A stretch of 64,000 nucleotides of DNA from the human T2T-CHM13v2.0 reference genome, Homo sapiens: the NCBI RefSeq assembly GCF_009914755.1, contig NC_060926.1. One strand, written 5' to 3'. Positions 43,386 through 56,216 of the stretch are shown here, piece by piece (within the stretch, counting starts at the first letter, position 1; each line of letters begins with the position of its first letter). The notes beneath the pieces were generated by a model. The model was given only the letters and a program-made list of their open reading frames with translations, was not told the DNA's origin and ran no database searches. The position numbers and the translations under genes are program-made.

Positions 43386-45121
43386 ATCTCTTTTATGATT
43401 GTGAAAAAATAGAATGTTATTCACTCTGGCCTACCCCGTCTGCAACTTAGATCCATTTATTTCTTACAGTAAATTTATGCCATATGGGGAAGACTTCTCT
43501 AGGGTTCTGGTTGGTTTTGTTCCTTGGCAAAGCATGGAAAAAGCTTAGTGAGAGAAACTATAAACTCCATCCCTGCAGCTGGTCTCAAGGCTGCAATTAA
43601 CACTCCTGCTTCCCCTCCTCTACTACTCATTCTAGATTCTCCTCACCCTTGGTTGGTGACTTTGATAGTCTAGAAGGCTTACCTGGAAGAGTGATACTAA
43701 TGCTCTTACCTGAGAGATCTCAGAATCTAGTCACCTTGCCATTCCCAGGCCACACTTGATGCATTTGTCCATGTCACACCAAATTGCACAAGAGAGTATC
43801 AAGAGTTGCTCAAGGAGATCACTTGCACGGCAAACATATTTCTCTCTAGCCCTATATTATAATAGAGACCCTACTTCCTCTTGGTGATCAAGATCAATAA
43901 CCTCTGCCGTCTTTTCCTTATCTTCTGATTTCTTGAACAAGTTCTATGGCAACCGTAGCTTAAGTTCAATGAGACTCTCAATGTGGCTCCTGGTGAAAAC
44001 ATTTTCTCTCTGGGAATCAGGACTTTGAGACACACACATTCTAGAGTCATCAGAAACAGATGGACACAAATTCCCATGGTGGGCACTAGATATGATGGTT
44101 AGTGAGGCCATCTCTCAAACTATCTCCTGGTTCCCAGGCCCGTGTATTCTACATAATGGGGTAAAGCACATGTATTGGTTATTGATTTAGTGTATACACC
44201 ACATTCTGGAGAACGGGGATCCATTCTATATTTGTCACATATCTGTGTGTGATATGACCAGGAGCTTCCTCAGTCATGGGCCCACTGCTGTACCTTTTTG
44301 CTGTTAAGTTCATTACTTAGTCTGAAACAAAGTTATGCAGAATCCTCTGTCAGTGGATGAAACATTCTTTAAGCCCTCAGAGAGCAGTGCTAGGAAAGTC
44401 AACTTACTCCCAAGATATTTTGTGAACACTGACAAGATGAATTGCTACTCCTTACAGGGTAGAAGTTCAATGTAATCAACTTTCCACCAAGTGGCAGGTT
44501 GATCTCCTTGAAAGATTTGCTGATTCAGAAGCTCATCACTGGTCTCTGTAATGAGATCAGCCTTAGTGAGTGGGAGCTCAGGGCACAGGGCCCAGGTATA
44601 GCCTCCATCCTTACTTCATTGCTATAACATTCATGAGTCCATTGTGCCAGCACTGGGTGGCTGATGACAGAGTTGGCTGAAGTTGGCTGGGTAGTTACTC
44701 TATCTGCTTGGGCCCTCTTTCATTATTGATGCTGTTAAGATGAACACAGAGATCCACAAACTGATCAATCCCCAAGGTCCATCCATGAACCTACTTGACC
44801 TTGATGTTCTAATCTTTTTCCTTCCAGGCCCCTGGCAAATGAGACATGTCATTCTGCTCATAAAACCATTATTTCTAATTTGACCTGTTTCTCCTTATCA
44901 CTGGGAGAATCTACCCTCATCACTGGTTTTCAGAACCTTCCCAAGTGGGATCATCGTAAAGCACAGTTCACTTTCAACTCGTACCCACAAACCAAGCTGA
45001 CCATCTGTAAACCAAGCATGGTTTAGAGAAGTACCAGCTGTCATAAGCGATCCCCCAGGAAACTAGCAGTATGAGGTGAAGGAGAGGCAGCAGTTAAACC
45101 CTGTAGGCAAAAGGGGAATGA

Positions 45122-45439
<318 letters not shown>

Positions 45440-45449
45440 TAATTTAATA

Positions 45450-45543
45450 GATTCAGCTGTCCCTTACTTTCAATCAATGAAATTGACTTATCCGTGAAGA
45501 GGCGAATATAAAGAAATAAGACAAGACCCTACGGAGCTTTAAT
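45450..45543 (+). pseudogene. MT-RNR2: NUMT: nuclear copy of a mitochondrial 16S rRNA fragment (humanin region)
   Basis: 'ttcagctgtcccttactttcaatcaatgaaattgacttatccgtgaagaggcgaatataaagaaataagacaagaccctacggagctttaat' aligns by eye at about 80% to the recalled human mtDNA 16S sequence TTCAGCTGTCTCTTACTTTTAACCAGTGAAATTGACCTGCCCGTGAAGAGGCGGGCATAACACAGCAAGACGAGAAGACCCTATGGAGCTTTAAT. Confidence 0.93.
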
Positions 45544-46061
45544 AGCACTACCATATGATGATGCCCTGCTGCTGGATCCATCCTGTCTTACAACTTGGCG
45601 GTTCTGAAATAATATAATCATGATATGTTCTGGTCACAAAGTCACATAGTGCCTCCACTTGAGCCTAGTAGCATGACAACACTAGAAGCAGCAAAAAGGG
45701 CACAGTCTTCTGCTGCAAATGCTGCAACCTAGTTCCATGCTCCTTGGGTCTTTATCATAATTCTCCTATTGGGTTTTGCAATAAACTCTACAGTGTGTCT
45801 TTTTCCCTGTGGTGCCACGTGATCTGCTGACCCAAGTGACAGATTGCTTGCATGGCAACCTGGACTTACTGTGGGACCTTTTCCTGCTCCAGGCCCCACT
45901 CAAAGTTGTCAGTCTTCCAAGTCACCCAGTAAATGAATGGGAACAGCATATCCAAATGTGGCATATGCTAGTATCAAAAGATACCTATTAAGTATTGTGC
46001 TCTGTCTTAATGGTAAGAAATGCAAGCTAACTAGCCATGAGAAAAGACAGTAAATGTATAC

Positions 46062-46350
46062 TTCTTTTTTTTTTTAGAGTCTTTCTCTGTCACCCAAGCT
46101 GGAATGCAGTGGTACGATCTCGGCTCACTACTACCTCTGTCTCCCAGGTTCAAGCAATTCTCATGTCTCAGCCTCCTGAGTAACTGGGATTACAGGTGTG
46201 TGCCAGCATGCCCAGCTAATTTTTGTATTTTTGTAGAGACGGGTTTCACCATGTTGGCCAAGCAGGTCTCAAACTCCTGACCTCAAGTGATCTGCCCGCC
46301 TTGGCCTCTCAAAGTGCTGAAATTACAGGCATGAGCCACTGTGACCCACC
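46062..46350 (-). mobile_element. AluS (Sx/Sz-like)
   Basis: Both arms; TSD aatgtatac at 46053-46061 and 46351-46359. Confidence 0.95.
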
Positions 46351-46489
46351 AATGTATACAAATTTTTGTCTCAAATGAATGCAAATTGCTTCTGATCCTA
46401 CTTTCCCATAAGGATGGGGGAAATATCTATTCACCATATTAATAGCTTCCTATTATACATGAAGGCTGGGTTAATCTACTCTAGTAGAC

Positions 46490-46735
46490 TAAGTGCTCTG
46501 ATCAAGCAACTGTAATTGGGTTTGTTTCTTGGTATCAGGCTGCCTGAGTTGAAACTCAAACTTTATCACTAAATACTTAAGGTAAGTTATTTAACCTTTC
46601 TGGGACAATTTCTATATGCATCAAATGGAGATTATTATAGTATCTTAATTATACAGTCTTTGTGATTATTAAAATTACAAAATTTACACAAAGTAGTTAG
46701 CACTGTGCCTGGCACATAGTGATCACTAAGTAATC
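46490..46735 (+). mobile_element. MIR SINE
   Basis: 'ggtaagttatttaacctttctg', 'ttagcactgtgcctggcacatagt'. Confidence 0.75.
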
Positions 46736-47299
46736 AACTTACATACATTCGTTTCACTACCATGGGGTTAAAAGGTAGTTTGATTTATTAAAATTCATCA
46801 AACATAGAGTTTTCTGTTATATAAAGCACTTGAAGTAAATCTGAAATACATTTAACTTAGGGTACAGTCATGCAGAAATATAAGATAGGGTTTATTTTGA
46901 TAGTACCAACACTGCCATTGATCACAAATATTAATGTAATTTACAAATCAAATACATAATTATCAAAGTAGAACATTTGCTCAGTTACTCACTGGTCTAA
47001 ATTTTATGCCACTTGCAATAATTATGCTATCAAGAATTTAATAATCATGCATATGGGATAGCTTCCCCAATATTTGTCTTTAACTCTAGCACAAGGACTA
47101 ACTACTAACCATGCCACGATGTATGTACCCAATAGGCTTAGCAAGTTTCTCCATCTAAGATCACATCTATCAATATATTTTCCCCACTATGCTAGAAATT
47201 CGACAGTTACATGGGAAAAGAAATCATATGAAGAAAATGAAACTTCTTCTTGCTCATCACAGAAACGAGAAACTACCTCCATCATCACTTCCACAACCT

Positions 47300-47950
47300 C
47301 TTAACCACAAAGCAACCCTGCCCAGTCTGTGCTTCCTCCTTCTTTTTATATCACTGCGACGATCTTGGCAGGGGAAAACAAAGCAGAAACAGAACCCAGC
47401 ATTTCACATTAATGTAACAGTCTTGCTACCTGCAAGACAGAGTGGGGAGGGTTGTGTGTGAGCATTACAGTCAGCCTCCCGCCCCCTGGATGATGGCATA
47501 ATGCTGATCATACCCTGATGGTGAGCATGCAGCTTGCAGAGGAACCAGCTCGCTGCAACAGAGGCTTAGCGCCTAGCTGCGCTTTGAGCTGGCAGGGGCA
47601 ATCTTCATATTCTGTACTGCAAAATCACAGGAAGGGCTGTTTATAAACCTGTGAAAGGAGGAATTTGATTTCAAAGGAAAAGGCTTTAGAGGAATTCCAG
47701 CTGCCTGGCACATAGTCTGTTTCTCCTGCCTTCATCCTCATGGGGCTCCTGCAGCAAGTAACACAGAAATGACCATTGTAGGGAGAAAACATTACAGAGT
47801 GTGAGAAAGAAAGAGAGAGAGAGAAAGAGAGAGATTCTTAGCAGGCAAAATAATACAGCCAATTTACCAGCAACTTCATTTGGGGCTGGTACGTGCGTTT
47901 CCTAATAAATTGCCGAATATCTAGACTTTATGTGAAGCTTATCAGATGAA
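47300..47950. promoter_or_regulatory. Candidate cis-regulatory element
   Basis: No repeat recognised; locally higher GC and CpG than the flanks; CTCF-like CGCCCCCTGGATG at 47480-47492; TCF/LEF-like TTCAAAG near 47670. Confidence 0.3.
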
Positions 47951-48370
47951 TATCCTTTAACCCCATTTGATTTGCAGTCCTTGAGTACTCTGCAGGTATT
48001 TCAGTGATTAATAAAGCATGCTGGTAAGGCAAAAGAAAGGTCTGTTCTGGATTTTCTAAGAGCTCTAAGTCAAACATTTTCTGCAAATTCAGACAGAACT
48101 CAATCACAGCTCCAATCCACAGTCATTAAATACCTCGTTAATGTTGTGTGATTTACCAACAAGACAAAGATCTGTCACACTGCAGTGTAACTCTTCAGCA
48201 TACAGAAAAACTAGTGAAACCACTAGGGAAATTAGTTTTAATAGTAGCACATAACTGTAAATCATTCAATGGCTGGTCACAAGTTTAATCTGTTTTCCAG
48301 TTTTTCTGTTGTTTTGTTTTACAGAGCTTTGGGTACATCTGAATTATTGCCAAAATGACCATGGTTTTAA

Positions 48371-48373
<3 letters not shown>

Positions 48374-48410
<37 letters not shown>

Positions 48411-48530
48411 AATTGAAACAAACATCAACAGATCTTACTCCCAGAAACGTGATAGACCGAGTGAGAGAGAGAGAGAGATTGAGACAGAGAGATTGAGAGA
48501 GAGAGAGAGAGAGAGATTGAGAGAGAGAAA
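48374..48530 (+). repeat. (AC)17 followed by an interrupted (GA)n tract
   Basis: Read directly: 48374-48407 and 48462-48530. Confidence 0.93.
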
Positions 48531-49166
48531 GTACAAAGACACACTCCTGGCACTCTGTGTTTAAATAGTTTCTCCTCAACCCTCTTTTCTCAAGTGCTAG
48601 GAATATTATTTTGGAATGCTTCTGCAGGACTCCAGAGATTATTGCTGCCATATTTCAAAATCACACCTAGAATTACAATCTCTATTCCAAGCGGAGTGTG
48701 AGCCTGAGCCCTAGGAAATGCTTTGTTCTTGACATTAGTAATAGAAACCCCATTAATAAACACCTAACATGGAAGTAGTTGCAGATTTGAAAGAACTAAA
48801 TACAATGCTGCACCCGTTTTCTCCCTTTAAATCCCTCCCTGTGAGTCATGTCCAAGCCAACTGTTCTTACCCACCTCAGTCACCTCTAGACATGCTTAAT
48901 CCCAACCTACAATATTGAACATTCCTGACTCCCGCATGCCAGTCACCCTCTAATCTTTTAAATCTGTCCCCCTACTCCCCTTTTCTACATTCCTGGGACT
49001 TATCAAACTTTTGTAATTCAGGATTAGTTTGCATATTTGCCGTGGGTCACCCTGGGATACACAAAGCTATCCTAGAACTCAGGGTCTTTGTGGTCCCTGA
49101 AGCTGGAGGTAGGTGACATAGAAACCCAGATACTGGGACACTGTCAAGTGTCCTAAATGCTGAATT

Positions 49167-49351
49167 TAGGCTGCCAAATTTAGCAAATAAAAATATAGGA
49201 CATCCAATTAAATTTGAACTTCAGATAAACAATATCTTTTGTATAAGTGGGTCCCATGCGAGGTTTGGGCCATAGTTATACCAAAAGGTATTTGTTGCTT
49301 ATCTGATGTTCAAATTTAATTGGATGTCTTGTATTTTATCTGGCAACCTTA
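49167..49351. mobile_element. MER53 palindromic hAT MITE
   Basis: Long inverted arms 'ggacatccaattaaatttgaacttcagataaacaa' and 'ttgcttatctgatgttcaaatttaattggatgtc'; TIRs taggctgcca/tggcaacctta; degenerate 8-bp TSD gctgaatt/gctgtatg. Confidence 0.9.
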
Positions 49352-51117
49352 GCTGTATGTGAACATGGGCAGGAAGATGTCAAAGCTTAATTATCAATTA
49401 TATCCCAGAAGGGTACCTCAATGTAGATGTACGGGGTGATAAAAATCCATGATTTGCCCCAATGTATAGAAAAAAAGAGCCCACAGCAGAGACAGCAAAA
49501 CCAGGCATCGCTGCCCTTCCACTATCCAATGCCCATGGCCAACATCCTTTATCAATGAAGACACCCTTTCTGGCTTCAACACAGCCACTCAGGCTTCCAT
49601 TACTAATCAATCAGACTTGGCTTGTGAGATGAAACCTTTTAGCTCTCCCTGGCCTAGACAGGACTAACAGTGTGGAAATATGTAAAATTACCCAGGCTTG
49701 GTTCCCAGGCAAATCTCAATGGGTTTTTTTTTTTTGCCTTCTCCAAAAATCAGAAAATAAATTAAAAAAAGAAAAAAGAACTAAAAAACTATTGCCTTAA
49801 AAAAGCTGTGGAATTTCAGAGTCATCACTAGATAGCTCAGTTGGGGCCTTGATAATTAATGATTCTATAGAAGTGATTCTTAGAGTATGGATTATAGTCC
49901 ATGTGGGGCCTCCTGATAATGTGCATTCTTTGGTTCTTCCTACTATCATTTTTCAATGCATTCAAAGGTTACACATTGGCCACCTTCTAAATGAATGATT
50001 GTTACTTAATGTTATTTAATGTTGTATGCAATCTCAGAGATTGCTAAGAACTCTGATTCAGGGTCCTACATTACCATGTAATGCTGGTGAGGTTGCACAA
50101 TTCTAATTGAGCACAACTTGTGGAATTCCTGTTGTTTTCAGGAAGCACACGTGATTATCAGTGTGGTCTTAACTTGGTCGTGGTTTCCAAATGTCTTCTA
50201 CTTAGGAATTACTTTTGGCTTAACTTCTTCATTTACATTGGACTTTGTTGTGGATTGTTTGGTTAACCCAAGTGTGTAGTGATATATGTTTCCATCAATG
50301 GCATTTGAAGACCGTAATTTTGCAATCACTAGCCTTTAAGGCATGTATACATTGTGATTCGAATAGGAGTCATCTCTACCACTTTGCTAAGGCAAACCAC
50401 AAAAATCTGCTTATACAGTGACACGTTCCCTCTTATTATTCTATTCTTTTCCCTCTGTAGAGCAGGAATGCATAGGATAAGTGGTCTGTGAAGTCTTCTG
50501 CCTTCTCAGTCTGCACTATGGTCACAAAAAATAATTCAAGAAATACTTTTCTAGAGCCATGATATTCAACCTTGATCAGGTAATATTAAATGTTAACACA
50601 TTTAATGCATTTGTTGATATCACATGACCAAACTTTTCTCATATCCAGAAATATTTCGTCTCAAAAAACATTGATTTTTTGACACATGTAATTTTAACCA
50701 AGAGCATGTCACTTATTTTTTTAACTTTTAAGCTGAGCATGATTGACTCTTTCCAATTCTTTTTCCATGAATATTTGTCTCCTTTTCTTTTACTTTTGAT
50801 TATGCTTACTGGCACTCAGTTGCTAGCAATCGAGCAGTGGCAAAAGCCAGACCTTTAAAAAAATCTGTAGGAAAAAATATCTTTAGACAGACAAATGGTT
50901 TTCCATTTAATTTAATTTTCCTGCAAACTGGGAAAATATTTCCAGTATTCCATTTTACTGTCATGTCACTTTGGTTCTTTAGGTGCTTAAACCACATATT
51001 ATGAACTATTAGAGAATTATGAAATTGATGTAGTGAGTCTTGGCTGGTATTCTTTTCTTAAAAATAGAATAGAGAATACATCACATATATTTTGCCTCCT
51101 GAAAAGTTTGTTTCAGT

Positions 51118-51142
51118 TGTGTGTGTGTGTGTGTGTGTGTGT
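51118..51142 (+). repeat. (TG)12 microsatellite
   Basis: Read directly from the sequence. Confidence 0.93.
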
Positions 51143-51224
51143 CTCCTAGGACACAATGTAAAATGTGTTTCTTGCCATGTAGGAGGGTGTTGGTTAAAAG
51201 TTTGAAAAACATTGCTGTAGAGAA

Positions 51225-51400
51225 AAGTTCCTCAATCATTAATATGTATAAAATTACAGGGGAACCTTGTTAAAATGCAGTTTCAGACTTCTACTTATCT
51301 ATCAATCCATGGGATAGGGTCTTATATTCTTCATTTCAATAAAACTCCTAAGTGATTCTGATGCTGCTATTCCAAAGGATCACACTTTGAGTAGTGAGGG
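51225..51400. mobile_element. MER5A hAT-Charlie MITE
   Basis: 'cttgttaaaatgcag', 'aagtgattctgatgctgct...gatcacactttgagtag'. Confidence 0.75.
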
Positions 51401-51576
51401 CCAAGAGGAAGAGCTATAGCCACAAGCAGAGGATGACTAACCCTCTGGAGGAATGGCAAATGAAACTCTAGACCCTGAATATCCTGCTCAGGATACCACA
51501 GCCGCAAGAGGCATCTTCAGCTACAGCGTCTGACTAAGGCAGTTCTTTCCAGCAGGCTTACCTTCCCTTCTCTATG

Positions 51577-51841
51577 GTAATCTCAGCACTTCGGGGGGCC
51601 AAGGCAGGCTGATCGCTTGAGTCCAGGAGTTTGGGACCAGACTAGGCAACATGGTGAAGCCTAGTCTCTACAAAAAATACAAAAAAAAAAATTAGCTGGG
51701 CATGGTGGCACACATTTGTAGTCCCAGCTACTTGGGAGGCTGAGGTGGGAAGATTGCTTGAGCCTCGCCTGGGAGGTCGAGGCTGCAGGGAGCCGTGATT
51801 GCACCACTGCACTCCCTCCTAGGTGACAGAGCCAGAAAAAA
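51577..51841 (+). mobile_element. AluJ, truncated at both ends
   Basis: 'gatcgcttgagtccaggagtttgggacc', 'gggaggtcgaggctgcagggagccgtgattgcacc'. Confidence 0.92.
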
Positions 51842-51864
51842 CTTTCCTAACTACTCCTTTCCTA

Positions 51865-52216
51865 TGTGAGTCAGTCTGGGCTGCTATGACAAAGTAGCAT
51901 AGTCTGAGTGGCTTACAAACAACAGAAATGTATTTCTCATAGTTCTGGAGGCTAGAAGTCCAAGATCAGGATGCTAGCTTGGTGGTTCCAGTGAGAGCCC
52001 TCTTTGAAGTTGCAAATGGTCAGCTTGTCATTGTACTCTCACTTGGAGGAGAGTAGGCAAGAGAGTCTCTTTTATAAGGGTGCTAATCCCATTTATGAGG
52101 GCTCCACCCTCCATTAAATTACCTTCTAAAGGCCTTATCTCTAAATATTATCACATTGGGGGGTTTGGATTTAACATATAAATTTGGTGGGGGACACAAA
52201 CATTCAGGCCATAATA
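51865..52216 (-). mobile_element. MLT1A-type MaLR solo LTR
   Basis: 'ctgggctgctatgacaaagtagcatagtctgagtggcttacaaacaacagaaat...ggggacacaaacattcaggccata'. Confidence 0.88.
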
Positions 52217-52233
52217 CTTGCCCTACATATGAA

Positions 52234-52236
<3 letters not shown>

Positions 52237-52282
<46 letters not shown>
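52237..52282 (+). repeat. (AC)23 microsatellite
   Basis: Read directly from the sequence. Confidence 0.97.
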
Positions 52283-52284
<2 letters not shown>

Positions 52285-52294
52285 CTGGTTCGAT

Positions 52295-52462
52295 TAGAGC
52301 AATGGTTTCCAATCCTGGCTACATAACAGCAACATCATCACGCATGGCTTTTTAAAAATACTAATTAAAAATATTGATGCCTGAACCCCACTCTTCCCTT
52401 AGAGAGTTCATTGGACCAAAAGGGATCTGGAGCATGTGTGTATGTGTGCGTCTGCATGCATA

Positions 52463-52511
<49 letters not shown>

Positions 52512-52560
52512 CCCCAGGGATGGCTCTGTTCCTTGGTAAAACAGAATTTCAAGTTCCCAT
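52295..52560. mobile_element. MER5-type MITE interrupted by a (TG)n tract
   Basis: 'agcaatggtttccaatcctggctacata', 'aaaaatattgatgcctgaacccca'. Confidence 0.55.
52465..52508 (+). repeat. (TG)22 microsatellite
   Basis: Read directly from the sequence. Confidence 0.97.
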
Positions 52561-55500
52561 ATTAATTATTAACCATCTCCATGGAGTTTGCCTCATGCCC
52601 TGGAACTTTAAATATACCTAACACTCTGGGATTTTCAGTGTTAGTCAATTATATTTCTATTTTATTTCTTTCATCTTAGGTTGTATTTGTCCTTCAAATA
52701 ATTTTCCAACTAAACAACAATGCCCTTGTCAGTGAATGATTGATTTGCCTCTGAACAAAACTGCTATATGTCTCCTTTAACGGCTGCCCTACAAATGTCT
52801 GGCCCTTGGATATGATATTTTTAGTGTTTCTAAAGCAAACCTCAAGCATTTGGCTATACCTGAGTCAAGTACAAAGATAGTCTGGAAGTGGTATAATTAT
52901 TATAGACATTGTTAAGTAATAGCTGAAGAACAATTACAAATGCAATGTGGTATGTCAGACACTCTAAGCATATTTTCTCCGTTGCTAATATAGTCCACCC
53001 AAGAAACTGCATTTCTATACCCTGTTTATCTGTTATTATTAGAAAATCATGTGCTTTATATCACATTACTTTCCAGGTAACTGAGGCTTCCCCTCTTATA
53101 TGTATTTCATTAAATAGATGTGCAATGCTTTTTTAAAAAACGTGTATATTTCAATTTTAATCATTTTAGATTAAATATGTCTAAGCCATATTACCTACAT
53201 CTTTGTTTTATTAAACATGGAATTTTAAACTTAATTTACCCTTTTCTAGATTGTGTTAGCATTATGACTATTAATTTTTATAATAAAAATCCAGAGACTA
53301 GTTTTGTTCTGTTTTTGCTGTTGGCTACCTTTTGGCTAATGGCTTACCTATTTTCTTCACATGTCCCTCCCCTTATTCACTTCTTTTTTCAAGCATTTTA
53401 ATCAAGAGCAAAATGACCAATCATTAGAATAGATGAGAAAGGAATGCAACCCAGCAACAGGCTGTGAATCAGAAAGCCTGGGCTCTAGTCCTCAACCTTC
53501 ATTGAAACTCTATTGACATGATTTGCCTCTCCTGGGTATTCCCATAATATCGCTATGCTTTATCACGTGCTGTATGTACTTGTCTGTCTCTCTTCACCAG
53601 ACTGGGTGCAGCTGGAGGGAAGGGACTTACCCTCATTGTCCCATAGGTAAGCACAGGTCCTGGTAGGTAATATGGGATGAGGTGTTAGGAGGGGGCTTAA
53701 TGACAGTCAACAGCTTCAATTATTCCAGAAGTCACTAAGTTCAAATGACAACCATGGAGCTCCCTTACAGTATGTTGCAAGAATTTGAAGCAATAGCTTT
53801 TTTTTCGTTGCTCTGTTCTATTGGGACTGAAATTGCTAAGAATCTGCTCTGGATAAGCTTCTTCTCTGAATGCATTTTTCTAGATAAGTTATTCTTCTAT
53901 GGAAGTTGAAAACTCTTCATTTTGTTATAATTCATCCAAAAATACAGGGTGAGATCTTACATGTTTCCCTCCTTTCCTTTCCATTCCTGGGCTTAAGATG
54001 GGGTATTCGGACCCATGCAGAGGTGTGTGTGAATAGAAGTGGCTTCACAATGGGTGGAATCCAACTAACTCTAATGCCGCCCCTAAACCCTGCCTTGACG
54101 TACATACCCCATGATCCTTCTCCCAGGCGTAAAGCTCTCCTCTGCTCCTGCACCCTCTAGATGTAAAAGGAAAGAAAAACACACAAAAAAGTTCTGTTTG
54201 GTTAGAGCTCTGCCAATAACTACAGGGCACTGGGGCTGATTATTGTGGCATCTTATGAGAATTTCTCTCATTTTACATCTAAACCTTCTGCAGATGTCAG
54301 ACTCTACTATTGTGGATTCATGTGCAAATAGATGAGATGCATCCAGTAACATGATGGACAAGTTACTCAAGTCAATTTTTGTATTTTCTTCCTTGGCAGA
54401 GATTGTTTCTGAAATTCGATAGGTTTAATTGTCTTTATTTCTCTTTTCTAAAAGTGCTTAGAGGTAGCTAAATGTTAACAGGATATTATTAAGAGATCCT
54501 TAATTCAATTTTAATTGACTTTTCTCAGGACATACCACCAGAACTCTACCTTCCAATAAAAGATGTGAGGTTAGTATATTTTATCTTTTTCTGTAAGGAT
54601 ACTTCCCCCCCACCCTTTGAAGTCTCCTGAGTTCACCAACTCTAAGATATTTTGCCTTAGGTTGAGCTTAACTGCCAAATAGAAGCCCACTGTTTTTTGT
54701 GAACATAAACGCTAATTTAGTTAAGTGATGGAAATCCTATCAGTTGGTTTCTCTTATTATTCTATAAATATATATGAGAGAGAGTTTGATTGTTTTTCAA
54801 ATTATCAGTAATCATAGAATAGAATTTGTCTTAAATGTCAAATCTGACTTGGGAAAGATTCCTCTAAATCCCTGTTGGCCACCACTAAGTTATTGGTTTT
54901 ACAACAAAAAGAGACAGGAGAAATAAAAATCGAGTAGAAAGAAAAATGTTGCTTTTTAAAAAACCACAACTCTTCCAATTGTACATTTAAGACATATCAG
55001 TGATAACAAATATTGAAAAGAAGTAGATTTATAGTCATTTGTTTTATAAATGATCTTTCCACATATAAGGAGACAGACAAGCAGCTTCCTGTGCAGTTGT
55101 CCCTTCACTCCAAAAGTTTCATTATCTATATGTGAATGCTAATTAATGAGCCCAGAATTGTTACTAAAGCTTGATTTACATATGTACCCTGGGGAGCTAT
55201 TTACCCACATTCTTTCTGATACTCAATTGCACACTTGTCCTTGTGTCATATGGGAGACATTCAAGAGGAATTTGGGATTTTTGCCAAATTCTCTAAATTC
55301 TTGAATTCATACATTTTAAGCAAGATGAAACAGGAAATCCAAAGAAGGATATTCTCTGAGTGAGAGAAGACTCCCCTAGTTAAAGGAAGGTGATAAAAGT
55401 GTGTTTTATTTCAGGACGCTTGACTGGGCTGTTAGAAAGGTGGCATGCTGGATTGTTACATAAATTTCCTTCACAAAGCAACTTGAGAGGACGTTGAATA

Positions 55501-55583
55501 TCAGTTTCCATCACATGGTTCAGCAGGGATGTTAGTTTGTCCATGGGGTAGAACTAAGGTGACCTTCTGTCAAGGAACTCAGG

Positions 55584-56216
<633 letters not shown>

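Noticed and set aside
45452-45511. Intact humanin-like (MTRNR2L) peptide gene
   Set aside because: The first five codons including the ATG are absent, and an in-frame TAA lies three codons upstream.
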